Positions 10,555-21,986 of a stretch of 64,000 bases of DNA are shown here, one piece after another. Origin of the DNA: Cladosporium halotolerans (lineage: Eukaryota); contig NW_027191472.1 of the NCBI RefSeq assembly GCF_011745625.1, positions 186,001 through 250,000 on the forward strand, written 5' to 3'. Position 1 is the first letter of the stretch; each line of letters starts with the position of its first letter. A program made the translations under genes and the position numbers. The notes beneath the pieces are model-generated. The model was not told the origin of the DNA. It ran no database searches and saw only the letters and a list, made by a program, of their open reading frames with translations.

Positions 10555-12066
10555 TCACGATAAAACTTTCTCCCTCCATGCACCGTTCAGTAACTCCTCC
10601 CTCTCAACTTCGGTGACGCCCTTTACTTTCATGCTTGCTACTAAGCTAGCTCCGGACCACGCGCCTAGGGACTCTACACCTCTTACAACGCCTTTGACTA
10701 CTTTCTCCTTATCTTTTATACTCGTATGGAGAACCTGCTGCGAAAGTCGATCGGAGATGTCATCGTGTACCCGATCTCGAGTAGGCGTCGGCCCATCGAC
10801 ATTTGGCAGTGGTTTCGCAGCAGCGCTCAACTGACGCGAGCGAAGTCGAGCTGGCAACGGATCTTTGGCAGTGCCGTAATTTTCGACAAAATCCCAGCCT
10901 CGCTTCGCGATGACCTCCGAAAGTTCCAATAGTAATCGAGGCTTGAGACCGGGAACTGCGCTGTTTGAGCCCGTGATTACGATTCGCGATACACATAGCG
11001 CACGCAAATCGACGGGTAGAGCGAGGAGTGCTTGGCCCATGACGGAAGGGATGGGGAGATCATGGTCGTCTGTTGTATGCCCAAAGAAAGCTTTGTTCGC
11101 AGGTTCGGACAGACGGGAGAAAGGCAAAGCCAGCTCCTCTGCATCCTTGTTCGGCAACGGAATGCTGATGGCACGATCGTGGCCACCCTCGCCAGCGGCA
11201 GCCGCGGGCAGGTGTCGTCTGCACCAAGCGAGTCGCCGTGTGACGTCTTCCGCAAAGGGAAAGTCAATCTCATGCCCATCCGAAACTTCTTTCAACAGTG
11301 CTGCCATCTCACGCACCATCATCTTCCCTCCACGCACGCTGCGCCGCTCTGCGACCGGCTTGTGCTCTCCAACGGCTGTGACAACTGTCTCTTCCCAGCC
11401 TATGTCAACCACTAGCGCACTCCTCAATCCAGAACTCACGCAAGACAGGACCGGAGTAGTAAGAAGTGTGATAGTAGGCGGCTGCGCGTGATGCGTGAAC
11501 AAGACTCGAAGAGTGATCTCTAAGAGCGGGGTTGGGAATAGCGGTGGTAACACAAGAACTGCTTTGCGTGATCTCGTAGAATCCAGCTGAAGGTACTCGG
11601 TATGAACGTTGCGAAGCGCACGCTCTAGTCGATCTTGTAATAAAGCGAAGTCCAGATCACCGACATCGACACTAAAAAGCTCGTACGGCGCGCTCCACCG
11701 TGCATCGTCTCGAGGCCTCTGAGTCGCAGCCTTGGGCTGTTCAAAGAAATGACGAAAGTCCCCTACGCGTCTGCCGTCACCCGGCTGATATCCGAATCTG
11801 TGCACGCAACGCGGCTTGCCTTCCCCAGCGAACCCGGCGCTCAAAAACCGAGGATGTAACTCATAGACAACCACTTCTTCCGGCTCCCGGCTTAGCGCTC
11901 CTGGACTACCGAATTGACCTGAGATGCTGCGTCCGACCAATGGTGTCCGAGGAGACTTGGCATTGGGTGAGGCAGCGCTGGTGAATCCAGATCCGGAGGT
12001 TCGCGTGCGTGGAATCGGTCGGGATGCGAAATAGTCAGACTGGCGAGCAGATGCAGAGGTCGCCAT
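10555..12066 (-). CDS. Actin-related protein, RO7/Arp10-Arp11 (dynactin) type
   Basis: Actin-fold motifs AGFAGEGKPRC, SALVVDIGWEETVV, RIVITG...PGLKPRLL and terminal GAWSGASL. S/P-rich N-terminal extension. First ATG at 12066. Confidence 0.85.
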   Translation of the reverse strand: MATSASARQSDYFASRPIPRTRTSGSGFTSAASPNAKSPRTPLVGRSISGQFGSPGALSREPEEVVVYELHPRFLSAGFAGEGKPRCVHRFGYQPGDGRRVGDFRHFFEQPKAATQRPRDDARWSAPYELFSVDVGDLDFALLQDRLERALRNVHTEYLQLDSTRSRKAVLVLPPLFPTPLLEITLRVLFTHHAQPPTITLLTTPVLSCVSSGLRSALVVDIGWEETVVTAVGEHKPVAERRSVRGGKMMVREMAALLKEVSDGHEIDFPFAEDVTRRLAWCRRHLPAAAAGEGGHDRAISIPLPNKDAEELALPFSRLSEPANKAFFGHTTDDHDLPIPSVMGQALLALPVDLRALCVSRIVITGSNSAVPGLKPRLLLELSEVIAKRGWDFVENYGTAKDPLPARLRSRQLSAAAKPLPNVDGPTPTRDRVHDDISDRLSQQVLHTSIKDKEKVVKGVVRGVESLGAWSGASLVASMKVKGVTEVEREELLNGAWREKVLS

Positions 12067-12459
12067 GGCATCCACACTAGAGAAATAGTTGTTTTGCGAC
12101 AGCAAGCGCCGCGCTTAAGTGTATGGATCACATGATGTGCCTTTGGAGATCTTCTGTCGCGCGGGAGTGAAGTCGGGCTTTGGACGTCGTTGGCACTAGC
12201 TTCACGGTCTTGGCACGGGCCGCGGGCGGCTAGGCCCGCGTGAGGTGCAGCAGCAATTTTCTAAGCTCCTCCAACTTTCTAGTCGAGAGAGATTCGCAGC
12301 TCGACCGTCCACGCGCCGCCGACGCACTCTCCACCACCGCTCTACTAACCCGGCAGCAACGCTTATTCGCTGCTTGTGCGCGAGTCCCAGTCGATTTGCC
12401 ACATTGACTGTGTGATTTTATACGCCCGCACCTCTGTCGCACCAGCGACCACCGCAAAA

Positions 12460-14349
12460 ATGGTCCTCTTCATCCTCACCGAGACCTCGGCCGGTTATGC
12501 GCTCCTCAAGGCCAAGGACAAGAAGCTCCTGAAGCGTGATGATATTGCCGAGGAGACCAAGACCGCCGAGGGGACCACTGGTCTGCTGAAGCTCAAGGAG
12601 TTCAAGAAGTTCGAGAATGCTGCGAGTGCGCTGGAGGAGGCTGCGGCTCTGACCGACGGAAAGGTGTGTCCGCGAAGATTTCCCTTGGCGCGCGGATGAG
12701 AGATACCGTGGAGCATACTGTTCGAAAAGCACCTGGTGGAGTGCATGGGTTGTCGAGCTGTAGTCGCAGTGTCAATTGCGACTGCAGCTCCAAAGCCACG
12801 GCATATGACCACTGCGGCGCGCTTGAGGAAGATCACGATAGAGACTGTACTAACAGCCGATTAGGTCACTCCCATGCTTTCCAGCATGCTCTCTTCACTC
12901 AAGGACGAGAAGAAGGTTCAGCTCGCAGTTGCTGACGCCAAGCTCGGCAACTCCATCACCAAGCTCCCTGGTCTCGATATCTCGCCCATTTCCGACTCGA
13001 CCACCGCCGACATCTTTCGTGCCGTTCGCGAGCACCTCCCCTCGCTCATCCCCGACATTCTTCCTCAGGACTTCAACACCATGAGCCTTGGTCTCTCCCA
13101 CAGTCTGTCGCGTCACAAGCTCAAGTTCTCCCCCGACAAGGTCGACACCATGATCATCCAGGCCATTGCGCTTCTTGACGACCTTGACAAAGAGCTGAAC
13201 ACCTACGCTATGCGTGTGAAGGAATGGTACGGCTGGCACTTCCCCGAGATGGCCCGCATCATCAACGACAACGTCGCTTTCGCCCGTGTCGTTCTGACCA
13301 TGGGTCTCCGCACCAACGCTTCTACTTGCGATCTTTCCGGTGTCCTGCCCGAGGAGATTGAGGGCGCTGTCAAGGCTGCCGCCGAGGTCTCCATGGGTAC
13401 CGAGATCACCGAGGACGATCTTGACAACATCCAGGCTCTCGCCGAGCAGGTTGTTGGATTCACCGAGTACCGCCAGCAGCTCTCTTCGTACCTGACTGCC
13501 CGTATGCAGGCCATCGCGCCTAACCTTACGGCTCTCGTTGGCGACCTCGTGGGCGCCCGTCTTATTGCTCACGCCGGCTCCCTCATGAACCTCGCCAAGT
13601 CCCCTGCCTCCACCATTCAGATCCTTGGTGCCGAGAAGGCCCTGTTCCGCGCTCTCAAGACCAAGCACGACACCCCCAAGTACGGTCTCATCTACCACGC
13701 CTCCCTCATCGGCCAGGCAACTGGCAAGAACAAGGGCAAGATCGCCCGTATGCTCGCCACTAAGGCTACTCTTGGTCTCCGCGTCGACGCCCTCTCTCCC
13801 TGGGGCCAGAACGGCGAGGCTGACGCTGAAGAGCCCACTGAGGAGGAGAAGGCAGAGGTCGGTGTTGCCGCTCGCGCGCTTGTTGAGCGCCGCCTGCGCG
13901 GTCTGGAGGGCAAGCCCCTCAAGCCCGCTGGCGTTGCCATCGGCCCCGGCGGTCAGGAGAAGGCCAGCAAGTGGTCCATCAACGAGGCCCGCAAGTACAA
14001 CAAGGATGCCGACGGCATCGACGCCGATGCGCCCGTGAACGGCGAGGCCGAGACCGAGGCCCCTGCACCCAGCAAGAAGCGCAAGATGGTCGAGGAGGTC
14101 GATACCCCCAAGTCAAGCAAGAAGAGCAAGCCCGAAGTCGTTGCCGAGCCCGACAGCGACGCCAGCTCAGACGAGGAGGCCGCCGCCCCCAAGTCGGAAT
14201 CGAAGAAGGACGACAAGGCCGCGAAGAAGGCTGAGAAGGCTGCCAAGAAGGCCGAGAAGGAGGCCAAGAAGGCGAAGAAGGAGGCGAGGAAGAGCACCGG
14301 CGGTGACGACGAAGAGCCGAAAAAGAAGAAGAAGAAGACCAAGGCGTAG
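12460..14349 (+). CDS. NOP58: Nucleolar protein 58, box C/D snoRNP core (exons 12460-12663, 12865-14349)
   Basis: [17 protein letters not shown] start; [77 protein letters not shown]-rich tail. Splicing gives GK|VTPMLSS. Confidence 0.97.
12664..12864 (+). other. Unusually long, highly self-complementary intron of NOP58 (candidate structured RNA element)
   Basis: GTGTGT donor, TACTAAC branch at 12848-12854, TTAG acceptor. Nested stems at 12677-12693/12817-12834 and 12703-12711/12796-12804, plus a 16-bp hairpin at 12755-12790. Confidence 0.7.
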
Positions 14350-14711
14350 GAGTCCGGTCTTCCTCTTTTGCTTTTGCAGAAAACTTGATGTGCAAGCCTT
14401 GAGCTTTGGGATCGGCGTTTCTTCCATGAATGGGTTGGTATTTTCCGTCCGGCGTTGTTCTTTTAGCTGGTATGTTTCTCTTGATGGCATGGAAGAGAAA
14501 GTTTGTATGAAGAAAGTGTATACAATTACTCAAGACTCTGATTACTCCATTTGCACATCGCCATGGTGCTGTTCATGCCCTGTACATCTTTTGGCTCTCC
14601 TTCCTCGATCTGTTCATACAATAAAGTCGTATCGTCGTGACTCGTAAATCTAAAACATCGCTATCCTATCACTGTCTCAACAGACCGTTTTATGGTTGAT
14701 GCGAGACCGCC

Positions 14712-17596
14712 TCAGTCAATTGTCAAATCTAACACCTCAACACCACTAGCCCGCCACTTGCCAGCAGGCCGCTTGCCTTTCCCTGCGCGAGAGCTGTCTG
14801 CCCGTACGCCACTGCCGTCTCCTGTGAGATCCAACGCTTCAGCTTCCTCGGTGGTGGCGGCGCGCCAGGTGCCAGGCAGAGAGGGCCGAAGAATAATATG
14901 CGTAGATTTGCTCTTCTTCGATGCTTTAGGTGCATCTTGGACTGCTGGCTGTGGTGACGGTTCCCGCTGAGCGAGAGCAACTTGGGCTTGGCGTGGAGGT
15001 GGTATGGCAAATGGCTGAGCGGGTGAGGACGATAGGGTTATTGCTGTGGGGTTTGTGGTTGGAGGTGGAGTCCGTGCTCTTGCCTCCCGTCTCGCGCTCC
15101 CGATATCCATGGGATTCGAAGGCAGAAGTGCAGGCGAGCTGCTCTCGGTGGGTGGTGTAGGGAGAGAATTTGATGAGGGAAAATCCATATCCGTCGGCCG
15201 GTTGACCGAAGTCATTTTGACCTGCTCATCGTTCGTCTCCAGATGCCGGTTCGCATAATTCTCCTCGTGGCGAATTCGAGTAGGCGACGAGCTACGCTGT
15301 GGCGACTCTTCCCTCGCGCTCTCAAGTGTCTCAAGTGCCCAATCTAGGATGTCGTCCGAGCCTTGACGCATAAAGAGTGGGCTAGTCGTCTGAACGGGGG
15401 CACTCAAGCTCTTTTTCAATGGTCCTCTCTTCCTGCGCTTTGTTACAGTACCCGGCAAAGGTGGCAGTTCGTCCTCTGAAAGCTTTCTTTCTCGACGTGG
15501 CGTGGGGCTTTGATCCCGTGCGATCTCTTGCATGGGAGAAGATGACAGCAAGTCGATGACTTCTGTCTCTGCGTCCTTCGCCAGATCGCACTGCGACTGT
15601 GTGCGTTTCGCTTTCGGCGTGGGCGAGAAGTACGAAGTGATCTGTCCTCTTCCCCGGTTGGACCGAGTCGTCGACAAGTCTGGTGAGGGACGCTTGAGTC
15701 CACTCATTTTCTTGGGCGTGCGCTGTGATCTGGTCTCTGGAGCGAAGCACGTGATTGGATGTGATGAGGGCATCGGATTTTCCGTCGTGACCGAACTCCT
15801 CCTCATCATAGAGCTTGGAACCCGAATCCCAGGGAGCTTGAAGCCAGAGACAGGGTATGGGTCTTCTTGAACTTCGGGCATCATGTCGTCTTCCTTAGGC
15901 TTGTTCGCAAGCATTTCCGGTTCGACCGAAGCAGCCTTGGTCACTTGCATATGGCGCATGAGAGCATTCGCGGGCATGTCGCTGCCTTTGCCAGCTTTCG
16001 CGTTCGCCGGCCTCCCTCGAGGCTTCGGAGCGCGTCCTGATTCTGTGTTCGCGGCGCCCTTTCGCTTCGATTTAGCTGTTTCTCGAGGTACTCGAAGCTG
16101 TGCTTCATAGTCCTCAACCAATAGAGGACAGCCCAGTTGCAAAAAGTCCTTCAAGATCCAAAGCTTGTCCGCAGCATTCGGGTCGTATGGTTTGGGTTGG
16201 CGTGCTCTTTTGCTAGGTGAAGCCGGTGCCTCTTCAGCATCAGAAGCCTCCGTGGGTGTCTCGCTGGGTACCGTAGGGATGACATCTTCTTGATCGCTTC
16301 CATCTCTGTCTTCGCCAGCAAGCAGAAAGTCGTCTTCCTCGTCCTCAATGTCAAGGTCAATGGGTACCAGGTCCGAAGGGGTGAAAGAGATTCGCAGCTC
16401 AAGCTCGCCATCGGTGGAGGAATGATTCCTTTTGCCATGGACTTTGGCGACGAGCTTTGCTTCTAGGCCCGCTTGTTGGTCCGGCTCAAGGTCCTCTGCA
16501 GTTTCAGCGATCAATCGCAGCCGTCGAACAAGCATGGCAGGTGCCAGATTGCGGATGAATTTCTTTGCGCCACCTAGACATCGCCAGTCAAAAGCGTCGC
16601 CCGTGAAGGATCGGAGAGCGGGAAAGTCGATATCTTGATCCCAGCGAAGCGTCCCACGTAGTTGCGCCAGTTTCTGTGCAGAAGAGACGCATGGACGTGT
16701 GTAGTAGCCCAAAACTTCTACACTAGGGAAGTCCTCGGGAATGACCAGCGTTTTGTTCTTGCGCGAGAACAGTTTCGATTCGTTTGTCCGGATCTCGTGC
16801 TGTAGTCTTTCACGCCAGGCTCGTAGTCCATCCTTATCGGATCGTCCAAGTGCGCACAGCTCCTTTCCGAAACCTGCTCTAGCAGCGTCGCATGCGACCT
16901 TAGGCCCGCATCCAGGTATACCCTCCGGTATATAGTCTCCTCCACTCATCAGAGCAACCAGAACCATGCCTTGTCCGTCCATTCCGCTCTTTGCAGCCGT
17001 CTCTTCTGCGCGATAGACGTTCACGTGTGTCGGTGTCTTGCCAGAGCTCCCCTCAGGTGTCCAGCTCCGTAGAGTCACGCCAGAGCCAAACATCATTGTG
17101 TCCACATCTTCACTCAGCACGGCGTCCACGATGCCTTCTTTCTGCAGCAGCGCACATTCTGCCTCTGCCTCACCGGGCGCGACATGCCACGGGAACCCAA
17201 ATTGTTTGAGAAGCTGTTTCGCTAGGAACTCCGGAACGCTAGCCACTCGCACTCCAGGCCCTCCGACTTTCTTGTTGCGCTTGAACAGTGGTTTGTTCGG
17301 GCCATCGAAGACGAACAACGGGTGGATGTTGAGACTGAGGAGTCGAAGAAGGCGGTAGTAGAATGTGCGCAGTGCAGGATTTGAGCCACCTTTGCCGGAT
17401 TGGATTTGAAAGAGCCAGATACTGATGTCGATTGCCAGGCGGAATGGGCGGTCGAGTTCTCGGTAGTACTGCGCGCTCAATTTGGCTAGGGAAATGCGCT
17501 GGCCGGGGCCAATGTCTTTGAGGACGCTGGTGGCGGTTGTTAGTAAATGAGCGAACGAGTAGGAGGTCTGAGAAGAGCTTACCCATGTATGCCCAT
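14712..17596 (-). CDS. GEN1: XPG/Rad2-family structure-specific nuclease, GEN1/YEN1-like (exons 17596-17583, 17526-14712)
   Basis: Spliced start MGIHG|VLKDIGPG. XPG-N motifs LAIDISIW and FVFDG; XPG-I motifs APGEAEAECA, SEDVDTMMFG and GGDYIPEGIPGCG (H2TH). Long disordered C-terminus. Confidence 0.88.
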
Positions 17597-18046
17597 GGCG
17601 AGGGCGATTTAGGATCCAGGAGGGAATGTTAATATCACTGCGGCATGACTTCAGATGTTACAGACGAGTGTCAGAGCCGAGGCGCATTCGTGAGTGAGAT
17701 TCTAGGCATTCACTTCTCGGATGTCATCCCGAAGAGGAAGCTTCAAAACCCCGCTGTCAGTCGGTTGCCAGGGACAACAAACTGCCGGCGCCATTTTCGG
17801 ACTAACGATGAAGAGACACATTCGGCGCGACGACATCATTATCGATATCCTCCCGACGAGGCGCATTGCTGCTATACAGCAGAGTTGCTGTCGCCGCACT
17901 ATTGTACATTCGTCAGGAGTGGCGCGACTCGGCTACGACCCGAGTTTGCACGCGCGACACGATAAACAAAATCAAAACACGCGCAATTCCAACGGAACCG
18001 GACGACACACACGCGACAACAACATCAGCAATATTCACTACTCACC

Positions 18047-21000
18047 ATGTCGTCCTTGTCCGGATCCTCGCCAGACCCTCTTCACCTTCCCTCCTCGCCC
18101 GTATCTGCACACCCTTACACCCGCCGAAGCGTCGCACCGTCGATCGCACATTCCTCAGGGACGCCTGGCCCACGCGGATCACCTTCCAAGTCTTTCCTCA
18201 TGGACACCGGCGATGCGCGCATAAGAGTTACAGTACAATCCGTCGCGCCCAACGGTTCGCAAAGTCCGAGTAAACGTCCTTCCAGCCGCACAACAACAAT
18301 TCCGCTTCGCACCGGGGAATCCAGCCCTATCACTCGCCGTAGACGACTGCCCACACCTGCTGCGCATATTGACGAGTCGGATATATCGCGTAGGAGTGTG
18401 AAGAAAAGAAAAGGCACACCTGTAGCAGAGACCAGGCGCAGCGCGAGAAGCCCAAGAATACAACCGGATCCAGAGGAGGACTCCATGGACGTTTCAACCA
18501 CACAGCAGCACTCGCGCGCCGCGAGCGCTGGCATATATTCAGAGCAGAGTGTGCCATCGTCGGAAATCAGAAGAAGGAGGAGCCTGTACCCCATGCGCAA
18601 TCAGCGGTACAAACGTCTGAGTGCGGCGCGTGAGGAGCTGAACGACGCATTGCAGGACGCGATTTCGGAACGCGAAGCTTCCTCAGACGATTTGGTGTCT
18701 GAGCGTGGCGGTGAAATGACTGCTGCGAACGAGGACTTCACCATGATCACGGGCGAATCATTGGCGAGCATTAAAGCCAGCACGACGATGCTCAGCACAC
18801 ACGACGAAAACGAGAGATCGCACGTCAGCATCGAACACCTTACATCCTCGCCACCCTCGGTCAAATACCCTGACATAGCTGGAAAAGTGCAAGAAGCCAA
18901 GACACCGCAGTCAGGCGGTGCTCACAATGCTATGAATTGGAAGCCTACTGGACCCGTGCTTGCGCACCGTGAAATGGCGAGAGCAGAAGAAGCGGTAGAG
19001 GACGAAGATGAGCAAGAAGACCAGGACGAGCAAATGGATGGACTTGATGGAGAAGATGACCGTGAGGACCACCAATCCGAGACTGAGCCATACGATACGC
19101 GAGCCGATGCATACCACGACTCTCTTATGTCAAATCACAACTCGCCCACGCCGAAGCCCACGCAGACTATTACCGAAGACGACGCTGTCCTTGGCGCTCG
19201 AGACCCGTCTCACCACTCGGACGAAGCAGCAGACGACGACATCTGGGCCGAAGAGGCTTCTCGCGACATCGACGACTCGGCCGCTTCCCATCGTCCTTTC
19301 AGAGCCAGCAAGAACTCCACGACGGTCAGCATACCGCCCATATTCGCGGAAGAGCCTAACCCTAGGCCTCCGAGGGCTAAGCTACCGCGTACGTGGCGGC
19401 AAACTTCGGGAGTTGATCTCACATATTCTGATTCGCCAGATCGACCAAGTCGTACTCAAGAAGAAGGTGAGGCGCGGGAGTCTGGTCGTCGGGGCTCAAG
19501 GGATGATGAGGAGAGTGGGCGGAGCAGTGGTGTTCTCACGCCGCCTAGCACGGATGACGATGAAAGCAGACATAAAGACACCATGGTGGTTGACGAGGAA
19601 TCCGGCGAAGGACGAGCTGTTGACCAAGAGGAAGCAGAAGGCTATGTTAAAGCGCCAGAAGGCGACGGGTATGACGACGTCGAGCTGGACGACGAAGCAA
19701 ATGGCGATCAATACGAAGAAGACCAAGAAGAGGGCGACATCAGTGGTTTCACCAATCCGCATGCCGCAGATACCCAGCTGGAGGTACATCACCGCCTGGG
19801 GCAAGGAGACCATCACACGCATGATGGAACCGATGAGGATTTTGCCAGCTCTCGGTCTGAGGCGAGTTCCAGTATGACAACCCCAAATGAGAGTGGTGAA
19901 GATACTGGATTCTTCTGGCGGAGCAATATGCCTCAAGTCTATCGCCGAGAGAAGCCCAGGCCGCAGGAGAGAAAAGCAATCGATCTCAGTGCTCTCTTGC
20001 GAATGGACTCATCGAAGGTCGAGGATTCTCAGGAGAAGACTGCCCAGAAGAGCTCAAATTCAATGTCAGGTCGATACTCTAACGCCGAGACCAAGCACCG
20101 GAGTTCCCCAATTCAGAATCCTACCAGCAACCCACCTAAAGACGAGGGCGTAGGGCGACTTCTCAACACACCAATGCGCAAAAGTCTGCTTCGAAGCAGT
20201 AAGGCATTCGACGATAGGAACGTCGCGCAAAAGCAGGCCTCCAGAGACCAGATCAAGCACGATTTTGAAGTCAGAGTCGAAGAGACCGAGCCCAACGTCA
20301 CCGATGACAGCCTAGCCAGCAAGGCTAGCGATCAGAGGCAGTTGCTAGGCGAGTTCAGAGTATCAACGCCAGCCGCGAAGAAGCCTGCAACCGAGAGATT
20401 AGCCGTCATGCGTGACGAATCTCCGGACGACGAGTTCCAGGAGGTCAACGGTGAGCCTTCTTATGAGGAAGAAACACAACCAGCTGAGGTATGGCCTGAG
20501 CGCTCTTACGAAGAGAATCTCAATCTCGCCTCTCCACAGAAGATCACAGTGAACTTCAACGACTCCACCCTCTCTTACCAACAACAACCCAGCGTCCTCG
20601 CTCCAAGAGGCCCAGTCCGGCCATTGTTCGACAAGACGAACGCAGCTGCTACCCAGCAAACCCACACCGGAAAGACGAACGCCTCGCCCGGCTCCCCAAT
20701 GCTAACGCTCGTCGGCCAGCGCCCCATCGCACCCCAGCAAGAAAACGAAGGCGTCTTCTCCCGCCTGACGACCTCCTTCTGGTCCGCAGTCACTCGCCAG
20801 CAAGGCCCACCTCCCACCCCCGCGCCCGCAGCGCGCACGACAGAGCAGACCGTCTCGATCTCCCTTCGCGCCCAGCTGCGCTCCCGCTATGGCGTCTTGC
20901 CCAACACGCACCCCTGGACGATGGCGCACATGCGCACCCTGCACAGGCTGCTCAACAGCGTCGAAAGCGGGCGTCGAGACAGTATTGTGCCGACGCACAG

Positions 21001-21466
21001 TCCTCTGCCTGGCCATCTGATCGAGACCATCGAGACGGATCGGCAGGACGCGACGGGTCGACCGTGGAGGTGTGCGAAGAGGCACGCGAGCATCGTGCAG
21101 GCTTTTATGCAGCTGCTCGTTGACCCTGCGCTTTTCCGCTCGATGGAGAAGGGCGAGGTTGAGTGGCTCGGTGATGCGCAGGCGGCTCATTTGCGTGGTA
21201 CTATGGGTGGTCGTGCTGGGAGCGAAGTCTGCTTCAAGACGGTCAAGCGCCGGAGCGGGTTGATCATGTGGGAGTGGGTGTTGGATTGTTTGGGATGTTG
21301 TGTTATCTCGAACTTGGAGACGGGTGGTGTGAGGATGGTAGATGTCAAGCAGCAGGTTCCTGGACCTGCGAGGGACGTGGAGTACAGTATCATGGGCGAC
21401 GGAGAGGGTGACGGGAGGGTCAGAGAGTGGTTTGAGAGGGAGAGAAGCGAGATGGTTGAAGCCTAG
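18047..21466 (+). CDS. Large, mostly disordered S/P/D/E-rich hypothetical protein with a small folded C-terminal region
   Basis: 1139-aa uninterrupted ORF with good Kozak context (CACCATG). Short motif-like islands (IRVTV, EDFTMIT, DIWAEEA, LPRTWR, PWTMAHMRTLHRLL). No domain recognised. Confidence 0.78.
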   Translation: MSSLSGSSPDPLHLPSSPVSAHPYTRRSVAPSIAHSSGTPGPRGSPSKSFLMDTGDARIRVTVQSVAPNGSQSPSKRPSSRTTTIPLRTGESSPITRRRRLPTPAAHIDESDISRRSVKKRKGTPVAETRRSARSPRIQPDPEEDSMDVSTTQQHSRAASAGIYSEQSVPSSEIRRRRSLYPMRNQRYKRLSAAREELNDALQDAISEREASSDDLVSERGGEMTAANEDFTMITGESLASIKASTTMLSTHDENERSHVSIEHLTSSPPSVKYPDIAGKVQEAKTPQSGGAHNAMNWKPTGPVLAHREMARAEEAVEDEDEQEDQDEQMDGLDGEDDREDHQSETEPYDTRADAYHDSLMSNHNSPTPKPTQTITEDDAVLGARDPSHHSDEAADDDIWAEEASRDIDDSAASHRPFRASKNSTTVSIPPIFAEEPNPRPPRAKLPRTWRQTSGVDLTYSDSPDRPSRTQEEGEARESGRRGSRDDEESGRSSGVLTPPSTDDDESRHKDTMVVDEESGEGRAVDQEEAEGYVKAPEGDGYDDVELDDEANGDQYEEDQEEGDISGFTNPHAADTQLEVHHRLGQGDHHTHDGTDEDFASSRSEASSSMTTPNESGEDTGFFWRSNMPQVYRREKPRPQERKAIDLSALLRMDSSKVEDSQEKTAQKSSNSMSGRYSNAETKHRSSPIQNPTSNPPKDEGVGRLLNTPMRKSLLRSSKAFDDRNVAQKQASRDQIKHDFEVRVEETEPNVTDDSLASKASDQRQLLGEFRVSTPAAKKPATERLAVMRDESPDDEFQEVNGEPSYEEETQPAEVWPERSYEENLNLASPQKITVNFNDSTLSYQQQPSVLAPRGPVRPLFDKTNAAATQQTHTGKTNASPGSPMLTLVGQRPIAPQQENEGVFSRLTTSFWSAVTRQQGPPPTPAPAARTTEQTVSISLRAQLRSRYGVLPNTHPWTMAHMRTLHRLLNSVESGRRDSIVPTHSPLPGHLIETIETDRQDATGRPWRCAKRHASIVQAFMQLLVDPALFRSMEKGEVEWLGDAQAAHLRGTMGGRAGSEVCFKTVKRRSGLIMWEWVLDCLGCCVISNLETGGVRMVDVKQQVPGPARDVEYSIMGDGEGDGRVREWFERERSEMVEA

Positions 21467-21986
21467 AAATTGGGTGTCTCTTTCTGCTTTGGATACCTTA
21501 ATGATGAATAACGCTTTGTAACGACAGCATGATCAGTGATTGAATATGGAATGAAGGAAAATATTTCCGTGGCATACTCAAAGTCCTACCTATACGCTTC
21601 AGCTCATGGCATGGTCGCTGCTACACTCCGTCTGATATTTCTGAATAAGCTGAGCGCAGAAGTCCATCTGCCATGTACAGCTGATTCGATCTTCTGTCAA
21701 AGGATACAAGTCATACTAACATGTGATCACCATTTCCGCTGAAACGTGTGTGCACCTGAAAGTTAGTTACTGTGCCATCTCCTCAAGATTGGGTCAAAGA
21801 GTTTGTAGAGCCAGAAAATCCATCAATGTGAATCAAGCTCGCAGCCCGAGTCTCGAGTGACGTCGATCAACAAAATGCCTCGGAACCTCGCAATCAACTT
21901 CCAAAAACACGCGCTCGCGCGCAAACACCTGACAACAGACCTTACAACATCTACGAAGTCTCGAAGATCCACCCAAGCAACCCAAA

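Noticed and set aside
12895..14533. Long antisense and alternate-frame ORFs over NOP58 (267, 184, 168 aa etc.)
   Set aside because: Shadow ORFs caused by strong codon bias and the lysine-rich repetitive tail; no independent domain features.
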